DNA of 24,174 bases, from NCBI GenBank assembly GCA_964583985.1, contig CAZOYD010000053.1, positions 1 through 24,174 on the forward strand. The letters run 5' to 3'. The first letter of the stretch is position 1, and every line of letters begins with the position of its first letter. Position numbers and translations under genes: made by a program. The DNA is from an uncultured archaeon (GTDB lineage Archaea; Asgardarchaeota; Lokiarchaeia; Sigyniarchaeales; SOKP01). Below the pieces are notes generated by a model that worked only from the letters and a program-made list of their open reading frames with translations, did not search any database and was not told where the DNA came from. Of the stretch, positions 23,934 through 24,174 are shown in pieces.

Positions 23934-24174
23934 TGTACGATGCAACATTCAAAATTGTAATATTTGGAGACGCGGGTTGTGGAAAGACCACGTTAACTCA
24001 GAGATTTTTAACGAATTTATTCGTATCAGATTCCAAAATGACAATTGGAGTGGATTTCGAGGTAAAGAGCCTAGTTGTCGATGAGCAAAAAGTTAAACTA
24101 CAAATTTGGGACTTTGGTGGGGAAGAAAGATTCCGATTTTTACTTCCAACTTATGTACGAGGTGCTCGAGGTGG
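23933..24174 (+). CDS. Rab-like small GTPase, 5' part (runs off the right edge; not in ORF track)
   Basis: MYDATFKIVIFGDAGCGKTTLTQRF...MTIGVDFEVK...KLQIWDFGGEERFRFLLPTYVRGARG. Contains G1, Rab-type IGVDF and KLQIWD, and G3 DFGGE. Confidence 0.95.
   Translation, partial: MYDATFKIVIFGDAGCGKTTLTQRFLTNLFVSDSKMTIGVDFEVKSLVVDEQKVKLQIWDFGGEERFRFLLPTYVRGARG

Noticed and set aside
1-24174. Selenoprotein (in-frame UGA) or SECIS, prompted by pstK
   Set aside because: TGA-ending genes end at their expected family lengths, the thioredoxin uses Cys codons, and the only internal stop found is TAA.

Overview
This is an AT-rich, gene-dense archaeal chromosomal segment. It most likely comes from an Asgard archaeon of the Lokiarchaeia type, inferred from an archaeal TBP, PSTK and Cdc48, three Rab-like small GTPases, two longin-like proteins and a TAT-less reductive dehalogenase. 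About 26 CDS are supportable, two of them cut by the window edges: an M24 peptidase on the left and a GTPase on the right. Housekeeping genes include cdc48, pstK, tbp, cinA/pncC, an M29 aminopeptidase, argS-speB-dys and tag. I found no rRNA, tRNA, CRISPR array or intact mobile element. The best candidate for an undescribed system is a tight minus-strand operon of Rab-like GTPase, CxxC thioredoxin and Cys-rich V4R (Bet3/TRAPP-related fold) protein; the V4R gene carries a single in-frame TAA that the ORF track hides. Other notable items: a longin/uDENN-like + coiled-coil + winged-HTH protein that appears to start at an ATT codon behind a good SD; a TBP with a very acidic N-terminal tail; a small variable region after tbp with two stacked, homologous gene-tail remnants and a GC-elevated orphan; a cytoplasmic-type reductive dehalogenase; and a 9-codon uORF coupled by TAATG to a DFGGE-type GTPase. 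All family calls come from motif recognition by eye; no searches were run.
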